This document shows, piece after piece, positions 25,478 to 35,400 of a stretch of DNA of 44,707 bases. Where the stretch lies: the sequence record DRR723986_10634, one strand, 5' to 3'. Positions within the stretch are counted from its first letter, which is position 1. Every line of letters begins with the position of its first letter. The notes below the pieces were generated by a model. The model worked only from the letters and a program-made list of their open reading frames with translations, did not search any database and was not told the DNA's origin. The position numbers and the translations under genes were made by a program.

Positions 25478-25816
25478 ATGAAAAAAATTGAAGCAATTAT
25501 CAGGACTTCACGTTTTGACCAGATTCACACCTGTGTGGCTGCTCTCGGAGTGAAGTTTCTCACCTTTTATGAGGTGAAAGGGATGGGCCTGGAGCATGCC
25601 AGGCTTGAAATGTACCGCGGAGTGCCTTATGAGCCGGCATATATTCCTAGGACTAAAATCGAAATAGTCACTGTAGAAGAATTGGTGGAACCCGTGATTA
25701 ACTGCATTCTTACTGAAGGCAAGACGGGGCAGGTAGGTGATGGAAAAATCTTCGTCTACGACGTATTGGAAGCCTATCGTGTTAGAAATACAGATACTGG
25801 CGAGCAGGCACTTTAA
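25478..25816 (+). CDS. glnK: Nitrogen regulatory P-II protein (GlnK-type, linked to amt)
   Basis: 112 aa; MKKIEAIIR, T-loop YRGVPY, TGQVGDGKIFV, YRVR; directly upstream of amt. Confidence 0.92.
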   Translation: MKKIEAIIRTSRFDQIHTCVAALGVKFLTFYEVKGMGLEHARLEMYRGVPYEPAYIPRTKIEIVTVEELVEPVINCILTEGKTGQVGDGKIFVYDVLEAYRVRNTDTGEQAL

Positions 25817-25851
25817 TTTAATTCATTTATCTACCGAACCTATTTTATCAA

Positions 25852-27081
25852 ATGCAAGAATTATTTACCGTAAATAACTTATGGATGATGATTGCCACCA
25901 CCATGGTATTCCTCATGCATTTGGGCTTTGCCAGCTTGGAAGCTGGTTTGACTCGCTCAAAAAACACCGTTAACATTCTATTCAAAAACACTATTATCCC
26001 TGCAATTGGCCTGTTGACTTACGCCTTTGTAGGTTCCAACTTAATGTATCCAGGTGCAGAATATGCAGGTTCCTTCTTTGGATTTGCAGGTTTTGGTCTT
26101 AGCCTTCCAGAAGGCTGGGATACTAGTGAGTACAACGCAGGTTATACTTTCTTTACAGATTTTATTTTCCAGGCCATGTTTGCTGCCACCGCTGCTACTA
26201 TCGTATCTGGAGCCGTAGCAGAGCGTGTGAAGCTAGGTCCGTTTATCTTTTTCTCCTTTTTATATGTAGGGATTTGTTATCCTATCGTAGGAATGTGGAA
26301 ATGGGGTGGAGGATTCCTTAATACATTGGAAACACCGTTCTATGATTTTGCAGGTTCTACGATTGTCCACTCTGTAGGAGGCTGGGGTGCCTTGATTGGA
26401 GCTGCACTTTTAGGTCCTAGAATTGGAAAATATACTTCTAGAGGCATGACAGCAATTCCTGGTCATAATATCCCATTAGCTACACTAGGCGTATTCTTGC
26501 TGTGGTTTGGATGGTTTGGTTTCAATGGCGGATCAGTGCTTAGCGCCGATCCTGGATTGGTTTCCAAAGTATTTGTAACTACTTCTATGGCTGCTGCCGC
26601 TGGTGCTTTTGGGGCATTGATCGTTTCCTATTTGATGTTTAAAACCTATGATATCACGATGGTATTAAACGGTATTCTGGCTGGTCTAGTAGGGATCACA
26701 GCAGGTGCTGATCAGATGGGTGTGAATTCTTCGATCATCATTGGTCTAGTAGGCGGTGGATTAATAGTCCTGGCTGTTGTTTTCTTTGATAAAATCAAAG
26801 TTGATGATCCAGTTGGAGCAATTTCAGTTCACCTAGTAGGTGGTATCTGGGGTACTTTAGCAGTTGGTATTTTCGGAGATCTTGCTGGCGTAGGTCAGTT
26901 TGTTTCTCAATTGATCGGAGTGGTTGCAGTGGGAGTCTTCTGTGTGATTTTCGCTGGAGTGATATTTTTCGTAATGAAAAAGACCATTGGAATCCGAGTA
27001 GATGAAGCTGAAGAAACGGAAGGTTTGGATATCAACGAACACAGTATGCGTGCGTATCCGGATTTTGCGACAAAAGATTAA
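25852..27081 (+). CDS. amtB: Ammonium transporter (Amt family)
   Basis: FQAMFAATAATIVSGAVAER, DFAGSTIVH, WFGWFGFNGGS, DDPVGAISVH (twin His), GLDINEH. Confidence 0.96.
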   Translation: MQELFTVNNLWMMIATTMVFLMHLGFASLEAGLTRSKNTVNILFKNTIIPAIGLLTYAFVGSNLMYPGAEYAGSFFGFAGFGLSLPEGWDTSEYNAGYTFFTDFIFQAMFAATAATIVSGAVAERVKLGPFIFFSFLYVGICYPIVGMWKWGGGFLNTLETPFYDFAGSTIVHSVGGWGALIGAALLGPRIGKYTSRGMTAIPGHNIPLATLGVFLLWFGWFGFNGGSVLSADPGLVSKVFVTTSMAAAAGAFGALIVSYLMFKTYDITMVLNGILAGLVGITAGADQMGVNSSIIIGLVGGGLIVLAVVFFDKIKVDDPVGAISVHLVGGIWGTLAVGIFGDLAGVGQFVSQLIGVVAVGVFCVIFAGVIFFVMKKTIGIRVDEAEETEGLDINEHSMRAYPDFATKD

Positions 27082-27107
27082 TTAAAGACAACCAACTACC
27101 ATAAATG

Positions 27108-27140
27108 AAAAAGCCCCGGTCCAATTTGGTCGGGGCTTTA
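27108..27140. terminator. Bidirectional intrinsic terminator
   Basis: AAAGCCCCG/CGGGGCTTT stem between convergent genes. Confidence 0.8.
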
Positions 27141-27143
27141 AGT

Positions 27144-27332
27144 TTAATATGCTGGCTCGAAATATCTATTTAAAATCACGTGGTGAATTTTACCAAACAT
27201 CTGGTAACACCAGTCTTTGAATTCCTGAATTTCTGTGGGTGAAATTAATCTTAATCCTTTTCTCAGCTCACGTTCAAACAAATATTTTGAAAAGCTGACC
27301 TTTTGTAAGATAGTCTTCACATATTCGATCAT
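27144..27332 (-). CDS. Small hypothetical protein (62 aa)
   Basis: EYVKTILQKVSF...LFERELRK...W pattern that I recognise from small conserved Bacteroidota proteins; fills the gap and ends at a terminator. Confidence 0.75.
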   Translation of the reverse strand: MIEYVKTILQKVSFSKYLFERELRKGLRLISPTEIQEFKDWCYQMFGKIHHVILNRYFEPAY

Positions 27333-27372
27333 AGTCTAAAGAGTTTAAGGTTTTAACTGATTTTAAGTTTCA

Positions 27373-27399
27373 ATACGGAGGCATTTCTCCATATGTTGC
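27373..27399 (-). promoter_or_regulatory. Candidate ECF-sigma promoter for the 62-aa gene
   Basis: Minus strand GCAAC-N17-CGTA, the general ECF AAC/CGT layout. Confidence 0.4.
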
Positions 27400-27445
27400 G
27401 TTATTTTAGAAATCAAAGAGTAGAATATTCCCTATTTTCGCAACC

Positions 27446-28894
27446 ATGATTAAAACGCTTGCCCGATTCATTTTCGTATATGGCCTCTTCCTGATTTCTG
27501 GATTGGCTGTGGCTCAAGATGTACAGATTGAGCTTGGACCTGCTGAGATCGGCTTGAATGAAACATTCACTATCAAAGTAACGCTCAGCAACGAGAAAAT
27601 CAAGTCTTACGATCAATTTCCCGAGATCCCAAGTTTCCAAAAACAAGGAATCTCTCAGTCTTCCTCGATGAACCTCATCAATGGTCAGATGAGCAGTTCA
27701 AACAGTATCATACAATATTATAAGCCAAGCCGAAAAGGAGATTTTACTTTACCATCCTTTGAGCTTTCCATTAATGGACAAGCCTATTCTTCTGCTGGTA
27801 AAAAAATCACTGTCGTAGACGCTTCGTCTTCTAATAGCGGTAGAAATCAGGCTTTAGATCCATTTGCTGATTTCTTTGGACGATCGGCTGTGGAAGATCC
27901 TGAATATGTAGAAGTAGAAGATGATGCGTTTTTTTCAGTAACTGTAGACAAAGAGGAGGTTTTTCAGGGAGAAGGGGTGAATATCAGTTTGGCTTTTTAT
28001 ATGTCTGAAGCAAATCAAGCCGCATTTAGTTTTCATGAAGCCGGCAGACAGTTGGATGATATTTTGAAGAAAATAAAACCTACAAATGCATGGGAGGAAA
28101 ATTTCAACATTAGCAATATCGATCGGGAGCAGGTGACCATCAATGGAAAAAGATGGACAAAGTTTAAGGTATATGAGGCGACATTTTTCCCATTTTCTGA
28201 AGGAGAACTAGTCATCCCGAGAATTCCTTGGGAAATGATCAAATATAAAATCGCCAAGAATCCCACCTTCTTCGGAGCCAATAGACAGGAGGATTTTAAG
28301 ACTTTTTACTCGAACCCAAAGACTATAAAAGTGAAGCCTCTTCCTCCACATCCACTTAAAAATGAAGTGAGCGTGGGGCAGTTTCAACTTAGAGAAAATA
28401 TCAAAAATATAGAGGTAGAGACTGGACAAGGATTTGACTATAATTTTGGGATTAGTGGCGTTGGGAATATTAATGCGATCTCAGCTCCTAAGAGAATCCC
28501 GATGGCAAATTTGAATACCTATGACCCAAATGTACGTCAGCAAATAAACCGAGGGTACGGGCGGGTTTCTGGTATTAAAGAATTCAATTATTACATCACG
28601 ATCAACGAAGCAGGAGAAGTAGACCTTGCGAAGAATTTTGAATGGGTTTATTTTGATCCCGATCGTGCGGTGTATGATACACTTAGGCCGCAGGCAAAAA
28701 TCACAGTAGTAGGAGAAAGTAAAGCAAATCAGGCGATTTCTTCTCAAAGATTAGGAGGGCTTTACGACCGCATTTCTACTGAAGACAATCGGTTTTTAAA
28801 CGAGAAATATAAATACTATTTTACAATCGCAATCAACGTGTTGCTACTGATTTCGGTGGCTTTATTGGCTGTATTGATAATTAGAAAGAGATAA
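27446..28894 (+). CDS. BatD family protein
   Basis: Signal peptide, [38 protein letters not shown] Ig-like repeats, C-terminal TM helix. Confidence 0.8.
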   Translation: MIKTLARFIFVYGLFLISGLAVAQDVQIELGPAEIGLNETFTIKVTLSNEKIKSYDQFPEIPSFQKQGISQSSSMNLINGQMSSSNSIIQYYKPSRKGDFTLPSFELSINGQAYSSAGKKITVVDASSSNSGRNQALDPFADFFGRSAVEDPEYVEVEDDAFFSVTVDKEEVFQGEGVNISLAFYMSEANQAAFSFHEAGRQLDDILKKIKPTNAWEENFNISNIDREQVTINGKRWTKFKVYEATFFPFSEGELVIPRIPWEMIKYKIAKNPTFFGANRQEDFKTFYSNPKTIKVKPLPPHPLKNEVSVGQFQLRENIKNIEVETGQGFDYNFGISGVGNINAISAPKRIPMANLNTYDPNVRQQINRGYGRVSGIKEFNYYITINEAGEVDLAKNFEWVYFDPDRAVYDTLRPQAKITVVGESKANQAISSQRLGGLYDRISTEDNRFLNEKYKYYFTIAINVLLLISVALLAVLIIRKR

Positions 28895-29979
28895 TGGGTA
28901 ATTCATTTGGAAAGCTATTCAAGATCACCACTTATGGTGAATCGCATGGTTTAGCTTTGGGGGTAATCATCGAAGGGTGCCCAGCAGGACTAAAAATAAA
29001 TGAGGCTAAGCTTATTGCAGAGATGCAACGCAGGAAGCCAGGACAGTCTAAAATCACCACACAACGTAAGGAAGAGGACGAGTTTGAGATTAAATCCGGG
29101 GTTTTTGAAGGAGTAACGACAGGAACTCCAATTGGGATAGTGATCAATAATTCGGATCAAAAGAGTAAGGATTATTCTCATATCTCAGATAAGTTTCGCC
29201 CTTCCCATGCAGATTTCACTTATTTCGAAAAATACGGATTACGGGATTATCGGGGCGGCGGAAGAAGTTCAGCAAGAGAAACAGCTGCCCGTGTAGTGGC
29301 TGGTGCTTTGGCTAAGCAACTTTTGGAAACTAAAGGGGTCAGTGTGCAAGCATTTGTATCACAGGTTGGTGAGTTGAAACTGGACAAAACTTATACTGAA
29401 TTAGATCTTAGCAAAGCTGAAGAGAACATTCTGAGGTGCCCTGATCCAAAAAAGGCAGAGGAAATGATCGAGCTGATTGATACAGTCAGAAAAGACCGTG
29501 ATACCATTGGCGGAGTCGTGACCTGTGTGATTAAGAACACACCTGCAGGGATTGGAGAACCTGTTTTTGATCGATTGCACGCCGAGCTTGGAAAAGCTAT
29601 GCTCAGTATCAATGCGGTGAAAGGATTCGAATATGGAAGCGGTTTTGAAGGTGTGAAAATGCGTGGATCAGCTCATAACGATACGTTTGTGCAGGACGGC
29701 GATAAAGTGCGTACCCTGACCAATCATTCTGGCGGAATCCAAGGTGGCATTTCCAATGGAGAGGATATCTATTTCAATGTTGCATTCAAACCTGTCGCAA
29801 CGATCATGATGGATCAGGATTCTGTAAATGAAGCCGGAGATTCAGTAATAGTTTCCGGAAAAGGTCGCCATGATCCTTGTGTAGTGCCTAGAGCTGTACC
29901 GATCGTGGAAGCAATGGCCGCTTTGGTCATAGCTGATTATATTTTGTTGTCAAAAAGTAATAAACTAGAAGACTTCTAA
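28894..29979 (+). CDS. aroC: Chorismate synthase
   Basis: [49 protein letters not shown] overlap with the BatD stop. Confidence 0.98.
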   Translation: MGNSFGKLFKITTYGESHGLALGVIIEGCPAGLKINEAKLIAEMQRRKPGQSKITTQRKEEDEFEIKSGVFEGVTTGTPIGIVINNSDQKSKDYSHISDKFRPSHADFTYFEKYGLRDYRGGGRSSARETAARVVAGALAKQLLETKGVSVQAFVSQVGELKLDKTYTELDLSKAEENILRCPDPKKAEEMIELIDTVRKDRDTIGGVVTCVIKNTPAGIGEPVFDRLHAELGKAMLSINAVKGFEYGSGFEGVKMRGSAHNDTFVQDGDKVRTLTNHSGGIQGGISNGEDIYFNVAFKPVATIMMDQDSVNEAGDSVIVSGKGRHDPCVVPRAVPIVEAMAALVIADYILLSKSNKLEDF

Positions 29980-29989
29980 ACCCTTATAT

Positions 29990-31318
29990 ATGCTTAAAAA
30001 GATACCCTTACATACCCAAATAATCATCGGACTTGTTCTGGGGTTGATTTTTGGTTTAGTAGTAATCAAGACTTCCATCCCCAATTCCTTTACTATAGAT
30101 TACATTAAGCCTTTTGGGACAATTTTCATTAACGGGTTAAAGATGATTGCAGTGCCTTTGGTACTAGCTTCATTGATTGTTGGTGTTTCTAATTTGGGCG
30201 ATGTTTCCAAACTGAGTCGGATTGGCGGAAAAACAATCGGGACTTACTTGGTTACTACGGTTCTTGCTGTGACTATTGGTCTTGTAATGGTAAATGTTTT
30301 TAAGCCAGGAAAAAGTTTGCCTCCTGAGACTCGGGAAAATCTTATGAGCTTGTATGAAGGAGATGCTGGCTCACGTGTGGGTCAAGCAGCTGAGCTTCAG
30401 AAGCAAAGTCCCTTACAGCCCTTGGTGGATATAGTTCCGGATAACGTTTTTAGTGCTACTACAGATAACGCTGCGATGCTCCAAGTGGTGTTTTTTGCAA
30501 TTCTAGTTGGTATTGCTTTGCTGAAAATCCCAAAAGCCAAGGCTGCTCCAGTTATCGCATTCTTTGACGGGATGAATGATGTAATTATTCAAATTGTCAA
30601 TTTTATCATGATGATTGCTCCTTTTGGAGTTTTTGCACTCATGGCTTCCTTAATCGTGGAGATTGCTGGTGAAAACCCAGATTCTGCAGTGCAGTTATTA
30701 ATGGCTTTGTTGAAATATAGCTTGGTAGTACTGGGAGGGTTATTTACCATGATTTTGGTGGTTTATCCAGCTATCTTGATGGCCTTCACTAAGGTGAAAT
30801 ATAGAGACTTTTTCCGAGCAATCAGACCAGCCCAATTGCTTGCATTCTCTACAAGTTCAAGTTCTGCAACGCTTCCTGTTACAATGAAACAAGTAGAGGA
30901 AGAATTAGGGGTCTCTGAGGAGATATCGAGTTTTGTACTTCCATTAGGAGCCACCGTGAATATGGATGGGACTAGCCTTTACCAAGGTGTTGCAGCGGTA
31001 TTCATTGCGCAGGCCTTGGGAATGGATTTGAGTTTAACGCAACAACTGATGATTGTTTTGACAGCAACACTTGCTTCAATCGGGTCTGCTGGTGTTCCGG
31101 GTGCTGGATTGATTATGCTGATTATTGTACTGGAATCAATTGGTGTTCCTGCGGCTGGTATTGCATTAATTATTGCTCCTGATCGAATTTTGGATATGTT
31201 CCGTACAGTAGTGAATGTCACTGGGGATGCGACAGTTTGTACTATTGTAGCAAGTACTGAAGGGGAGTTGCCAGATGGATTGATTAGGAAATCAAACCCA
31301 TTGACCCCAAACGAATAG
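29990..31318 (+). CDS. Dicarboxylate/amino acid:cation symporter (DAACS, GltP-like)
   Basis: LKMIAVPLV, FSTSSSSATLP, PLGATVNMDGT, SIGSAGVPG, DRILDMFRTVVNVTGD. Confidence 0.95.
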   Translation: MLKKIPLHTQIIIGLVLGLIFGLVVIKTSIPNSFTIDYIKPFGTIFINGLKMIAVPLVLASLIVGVSNLGDVSKLSRIGGKTIGTYLVTTVLAVTIGLVMVNVFKPGKSLPPETRENLMSLYEGDAGSRVGQAAELQKQSPLQPLVDIVPDNVFSATTDNAAMLQVVFFAILVGIALLKIPKAKAAPVIAFFDGMNDVIIQIVNFIMMIAPFGVFALMASLIVEIAGENPDSAVQLLMALLKYSLVVLGGLFTMILVVYPAILMAFTKVKYRDFFRAIRPAQLLAFSTSSSSATLPVTMKQVEEELGVSEEISSFVLPLGATVNMDGTSLYQGVAAVFIAQALGMDLSLTQQLMIVLTATLASIGSAGVPGAGLIMLIIVLESIGVPAAGIALIIAPDRILDMFRTVVNVTGDATVCTIVASTEGELPDGLIRKSNPLTPNE

Positions 31319-31340
31319 AAATTAACTTTTGGTCTTACAT

Positions 31341-31380
31341 AAAAAATGGTCCCATCTTATGAAGGGACCATTTTTATTTT
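31341..31380. terminator. Bidirectional intrinsic terminator
   Basis: AAAAATGGTCCC/GGGACCATTTTT stem between convergent genes. Confidence 0.85.
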
Positions 31381-31395
31381 AGACTACAAAGATTT

Positions 31396-32796
31396 TTATT
31401 TCAAACTTCCCGTCATTTCTTCAGGCTTCACCCACTCATCAAACTGCTCAGAAGTCAATAAGTTAAGCGCAATCGCAGCTTCTCTTAAACTTGTACCTTC
31501 CTTATGCGCTTTCTTAGCGATAGCTGCTGCGTTTTCATATCCGATATGTGGATTCAATGCAGTCACCAGCATCAATGAATTCTCCAAATGTCTTTGGATC
31601 ATAGCTGTGTTTGGCTCGATGCCAACAGCACAATGGTCATTGAATGACACGCATGCATCACCAATTAGTCTAGCTGAAGTAAGGAAATTAGAAGCGATTA
31701 ATGGCTTGAATACGTTCAATTCAAAATGACCGTTTGATCCGCCTATAGAAATAGCTACATCATTTCCCATCACTTGAGCAGCTACCATCGTCAAGGCTTC
31801 AACTTGTGTTGGGTTTACTTTGCCTGGCATGATGGAAGATCCTGGCTCATTTTCAGGGATCAAAATCTCACCGATTCCAGATCTAGGACCAGAGGAAAGC
31901 ATTCTTACATCATTGGCGATTTTCATCAGGGAAACTGCCAATTGCTTCAATGCACCATGAGTTTCTACCATTGCATCGTGAGCAGCCAGCGCTTCAAATT
32001 TATTCTCAGCAGTGACAAAAGGCTGTCCTGAAAGTTCAGCAATTTTCTTAGCCACTAACTCGGAATATCCCTTTGGCGTATTAAGACCAGTTCCTACGGC
32101 GGTTCCTCCTAGCGCTAATTCAGATAAATGTGAAAGGGTGTTTCTCAAGGCTTTTAAGCCATGATTAAGCTGTGCCACATAACCACTGAACTCTTGACCC
32201 AAGGTAAGCGGTGTGGCATCCATAAAGTGTGTACGCCCGATTTTCACCACATCCTTGAATGCTTCTGCTTTCTCAGCAAGTGTATCTCTAAGTTTTTCAA
32301 CTCCAGGAATCGTAGTCTCCATTACCATTTTGTATGCTGCGATATGCATAGCAGTAGGGTAGGTGTCGTTGGAAGATTGAGATTTATTTACATCGTCATT
32401 TGGGTGGATTTTCTTTTTGGCATCTTCCAAAGAACCTCCGAGCAGTACATGAGCACGGTATGCAATTACCTCGTTAGAGTTCATATTAGACTGCGTTCCT
32501 GAACCAGTTTGCCAGATTACCAAAGGAAATTGATCATCGTGCTGACCTGCCAAAATCTCATCACATACTTTTCCGATGATATCAGCTTTTTCCTGATCTA
32601 AAACTCCAAGTTCGGCATTGGTCTGTGCCGCCGCTTTTTTCAAAATCGCAAAAGCATGAGTGATTTCAACTGGCATGCGGTTTTTCTCACCGCCGATTTT
32701 GAAATTGTTGATTGAACGTTGGGTTTGTGCGCCCCAGTATTTGTCAGCAGGCACCTCTACAGGCCCCATGGTGTCTTTTTCTATGCGGATGCTCAT
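31396..32796 (-). CDS. fumC: Fumarate hydratase class II
   Basis: [52 protein letters not shown]. Start moved to ATG 32796. Confidence 0.98.
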   Translation of the reverse strand: MSIRIEKDTMGPVEVPADKYWGAQTQRSINNFKIGGEKNRMPVEITHAFAILKKAAAQTNAELGVLDQEKADIIGKVCDEILAGQHDDQFPLVIWQTGSGTQSNMNSNEVIAYRAHVLLGGSLEDAKKKIHPNDDVNKSQSSNDTYPTAMHIAAYKMVMETTIPGVEKLRDTLAEKAEAFKDVVKIGRTHFMDATPLTLGQEFSGYVAQLNHGLKALRNTLSHLSELALGGTAVGTGLNTPKGYSELVAKKIAELSGQPFVTAENKFEALAAHDAMVETHGALKQLAVSLMKIANDVRMLSSGPRSGIGEILIPENEPGSSIMPGKVNPTQVEALTMVAAQVMGNDVAISIGGSNGHFELNVFKPLIASNFLTSARLIGDACVSFNDHCAVGIEPNTAMIQRHLENSLMLVTALNPHIGYENAAAIAKKAHKEGTSLREAAIALNLLTSEQFDEWVKPEEMTGSLK

Positions 32797-32870
32797 ATTG
32801 TATGTTTTATTGAATCTTTTTTGCGGCGCTAAATTAAGTCCAAAAGCCATTTTTCCCTAAGAAAGAAGCG

Positions 32871-33356
32871 CTAATCCTTCATCTGGAAGTTGATCAGCTG
32901 GTGAAATACTTTGCGTGAGGCCTTCACCTGTCTATTAAAAAAATACATCGCTACTACATAATTGATAATGCACAAGCCCAAACAAATGGTGGCATAGCTA
33001 AAATTGGGAATCATAAAGCAATAAAATGCAGTAAAGGCTAGTAAAATGACAGACCAAAAAGCAATGAAAAAAAGTGCTCCTGGAAATAATCTGTAATTAA
33101 TAAACAGAATACATCCCCGGGGAGTTGTTTCGATTTTCCCCAAAATCAACGGCAGAAATGTGTCGGCTCTATCCACAACCTTTGAAATTCTGAATCCTTT
33201 TTGGCCGATCAAGCCATTGAAAAGAATATCTCCTTTGACCTGAGTTCTCGGATCCAAATAATTGACTTCCCTAGTCACACGATTCAAATGACTTAGCACC
33301 TCCTCTTTGGAAAGAGCGCTAACTAAGGTTTCGCTATCGTAGGGTAAGAGATTCAA
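32871..33356 (-). CDS. Hypothetical membrane protein
   Basis: 161-aa ORF with two C-terminal TM segments; TTG start 3 nt after the ridA stop. Confidence 0.7.
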   Translation of the reverse strand: MNLLPYDSETLVSALSKEEVLSHLNRVTREVNYLDPRTQVKGDILFNGLIGQKGFRISKVVDRADTFLPLILGKIETTPRGCILFINYRLFPGALFFIAFWSVILLAFTAFYCFMIPNFSYATICLGLCIINYVVAMYFFNRQVKASRKVFHQLINFQMKD

Positions 33357-33359
33357 TTT

Positions 33360-33740
33360 TTATTTAACGGCGATGCATGAGATTTCCACATTTACGTTTT
33401 TAGGAAGTTTACTCACTTCTACAGTTTCGCGTGCGGGAGGATTTGATGTAAAGTACTGACTATAGGCTTCATTGATTGTGCCAAACTCATCCATGCTTTT
33501 GATAAAAATACTGCATTTGACGATATCGCTGAAAGTGAAATTCGCCGCTCTAAGTACAGCCTCTAGGTTTTTCATCACCGCATGAGTTTCCTCAGTGATA
33601 TTCTCATTGATCAATTCGCCAGTCTCTGCATCCAAAGCAATCTGTCCGGAAACATAAAGCGTATTGCCAGCTAAAACTGCTTGAGAATAGGGTCCAATTG
33701 GCGCTGGAGCCTCATTGGTGAAGATTATGTGATTTGCCAT
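33360..33740 (-). CDS. ridA: RidA/YjgF reactive enamine deaminase
   Basis: APAPIGPYSQA, VSGQI, INEAY..YF, PPARETVEV..LP, VEI. Start moved to ATG 33740. Confidence 0.95.
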   Translation of the reverse strand: MANHIIFTNEAPAPIGPYSQAVLAGNTLYVSGQIALDAETGELINENITEETHAVMKNLEAVLRAANFTFSDIVKCSIFIKSMDEFGTINEAYSQYFTSNPPARETVEVSKLPKNVNVEISCIAVK

Positions 33741-33776
33741 TTTATTCCCTGTTTTCTTTATTAAAATTAATTTTTT

Positions 33777-33784
33777 CAAAGGTA
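33777..33784 (-). promoter_or_regulatory. -7 promoter box for ridA
   Basis: Minus strand TACCTTTG; overlaps the ORF-track TTG start, supporting ATG 33740. Confidence 0.6.
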
Positions 33785-33827
33785 TATGAAATCATCTTTC
33801 CTAAAAGCTAAATTGAATTCTACGGGA

Positions 33828-34163
33828 TTACCGATTATGTTTTGAAGAAAATAAATATATCCCGATTGCCAAATAAACAATCATGCAAGGTATTCCGAAA
33901 TAGGTAAACCTTAGTGGGGGAAAAACCCAAAAACTCCCACTGATTATCATGGTAGTGAAAAACGGCTCTCTCAATTTTAATTGATCTGCTACGTGTATGT
34001 GTAAACCATAATTCACAACTCCAATTCCCCATAAAATCAAATAATAGAAAAATGCTATTTCTTCAGATTCATGGAAATATGAATAGCCAACAATTATTCC
34101 CGCCAATAAATAGCTTACAATCAAAAAAATAAATGCCAGTAATCTAAACAGAGGGATTGTCAA
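33828..34163 (-). CDS. Hypothetical small multi-pass membrane protein
   Basis: 111-aa hydrophobic ORF, co-oriented between mazG and ridA; TTG start; no family recognised. Confidence 0.5.
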   Translation of the reverse strand: MTIPLFRLLAFIFLIVSYLLAGIIVGYSYFHESEEIAFFYYLILWGIGVVNYGLHIHVADQLKLREPFFTTMIISGSFWVFPPLRFTYFGIPCMIVYLAIGIYLFSSKHNR

Positions 34164-34212
34164 AAGATATCAATTCAACACTATACCAAAACTGAAACCA
34201 TCCTAAATTTTG

Positions 34213-34245
34213 CTGCTAACTGCCAACTGACCACTGAATCACTGC
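34213..34245. repeat. Degenerate heptamer array overlapping mazG stop
   Basis: CTGCTAA CTGCCAA CTGACCA CTGAATCA CTGC. Confidence 0.65.
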
Positions 34246-35039
34246 TTTTTCGCTTCATTCCAATAAACATCCATCTCGGCCAAGGTCATCTCGCTGAGGG
34301 TTTTACCAGATTCCTTTGCAGCAGCTTCCAGGTATTGAAATCGTTTGATGAATTTCTTATTTGTTCGTTCTAAAGCTTCTTCCGGATTTATGTCTATAAA
34401 TCGTGCATAGTTAATCAAAGAAAAGAGTAAGTCACCAAATTCTCCGCTGGCTTTTTCGGTATCTATTTCTTTATCATCTGCTACATTGAATTCTTCCTTG
34501 AATTCTTGCATTTCCTCTTCAACTTTCTCCCAAACTTGGCTTTTTTCTTCCCAATCGAACCCAACACCACGAGCTTTTTCCTGAATCCGCATCGCTTTGA
34601 TTAGCGCAGGTAGGGATTTTGGTACACCGCCAAGGACGGATTTATTTCCTTTCTCAGTGAGTTTTATTTTTTCCCAGTTTTGCTTCACTGCTTCCTCGTC
34701 TTCAGCTTTAGTATCTCCATAGATATGCGGATGACGACGGATTAGCTTTTCGCATAGCGCATCTATCATTGACGTAATATCGAAGTTGCCTTCTTCCGAA
34801 CCTATTCTCGCATAAAAGACGATGTGAAGGAGAATGTCTCCCAATTCTTTTTTGACCTCGTCAGGATCTCCTTCGAGAATTGCATCAGAAAGCTCAAAAG
34901 TTTCTTCGATTGTCAAATGTCTTAGACTTTCTGTCGTTTGTTTTTTATCCCAAGGACATTGTTCCCTGAGTTCATCCATGATGGTAAGTAATCTATCAAA
35001 AGCTGCCAATTTCTCGGCTCGGGTACTCAAATTTGTCAT
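34239..35039 (-). CDS. mazG: Nucleoside triphosphate pyrophosphohydrolase MazG (tandem domain)
   Basis: CPWDKKQT, IEETFEL, ELGDILL, KLIRRHPH; second domain GFDW, EFGDLLFS, KFIKRF. Confidence 0.96.
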   Translation of the reverse strand: MTNLSTRAEKLAAFDRLLTIMDELREQCPWDKKQTTESLRHLTIEETFELSDAILEGDPDEVKKELGDILLHIVFYARIGSEEGNFDITSMIDALCEKLIRRHPHIYGDTKAEDEEAVKQNWEKIKLTEKGNKSVLGGVPKSLPALIKAMRIQEKARGVGFDWEEKSQVWEKVEEEMQEFKEEFNVADDKEIDTEKASGEFGDLLFSLINYARFIDINPEEALERTNKKFIKRFQYLEAAAKESGKTLSEMTLAEMDVYWNEAKKQ

Positions 35040-35087
35040 GGGTGAGGAAACTATGCTAGGTTTGTGGACGTTTTCGAAGTAAAGCCT

Positions 35088-35105
35088 TAAATTTGCGCAA
35101 ATTTA
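35088..35105. promoter_or_regulatory. Palindromic pair of -7 boxes (candidate bidirectional promoter)
   Basis: TAAATTTGCGCAAATTTA is a perfect 18-bp palindrome; each strand reads TAAATTTG; it lies between divergent mazG and the 76-aa gene. Confidence 0.6.
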
Positions 35106-35111
35106 TCCGTT

Positions 35112-35342
35112 ATGACAACCGTATTTCTTACCCTTGGTTTCGTTGCTTTATTCTTCATTATGATGTCTGTAAGGCTAATATTCCTCAAAAACGGCGAATT
35201 CAAGGGCACTTGTGCCTCCCAAAGTCCCTTTCTCAATAAAGAAGGAGCAACCTGCGGATTTTGCGGAAAGACCATGGATGGTGATACCTCTTGTGGAAAT
35301 CCCGACAATGAAGTGGACAAGGTCATGGCCAAATTCAAATAA
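35112..35342 (+). CDS. Small membrane protein with four cysteines (NqrM-like)
   Basis: N-terminal TM helix, KGTC, then CGFC and a distal C; promoter upstream and hairpin downstream. Confidence 0.75.
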   Translation: MTTVFLTLGFVALFFIMMSVRLIFLKNGEFKGTCASQSPFLNKEGATCGFCGKTMDGDTSCGNPDNEVDKVMAKFK

Positions 35343-35346
35343 AGTT

Positions 35347-35379
35347 AATCCTGTCGCCTGACGGGATTTATTAGTTTTT
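35347..35379 (+). terminator. Hairpin/likely terminator after the 76-aa gene
   Basis: AATCCTGTC-gcct-GACGGGATT followed by an interrupted T-rich tract. Confidence 0.55.
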
Positions 35380-35400
35380 AATCAAATCAAATTACCATAC

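Noticed and set aside
34239..35039. MazG as part of an anti-phage or toxin-antitoxin system
   Set aside because: It is the ordinary tandem-domain housekeeping MazG, with no mazEF or defence genes adjacent.
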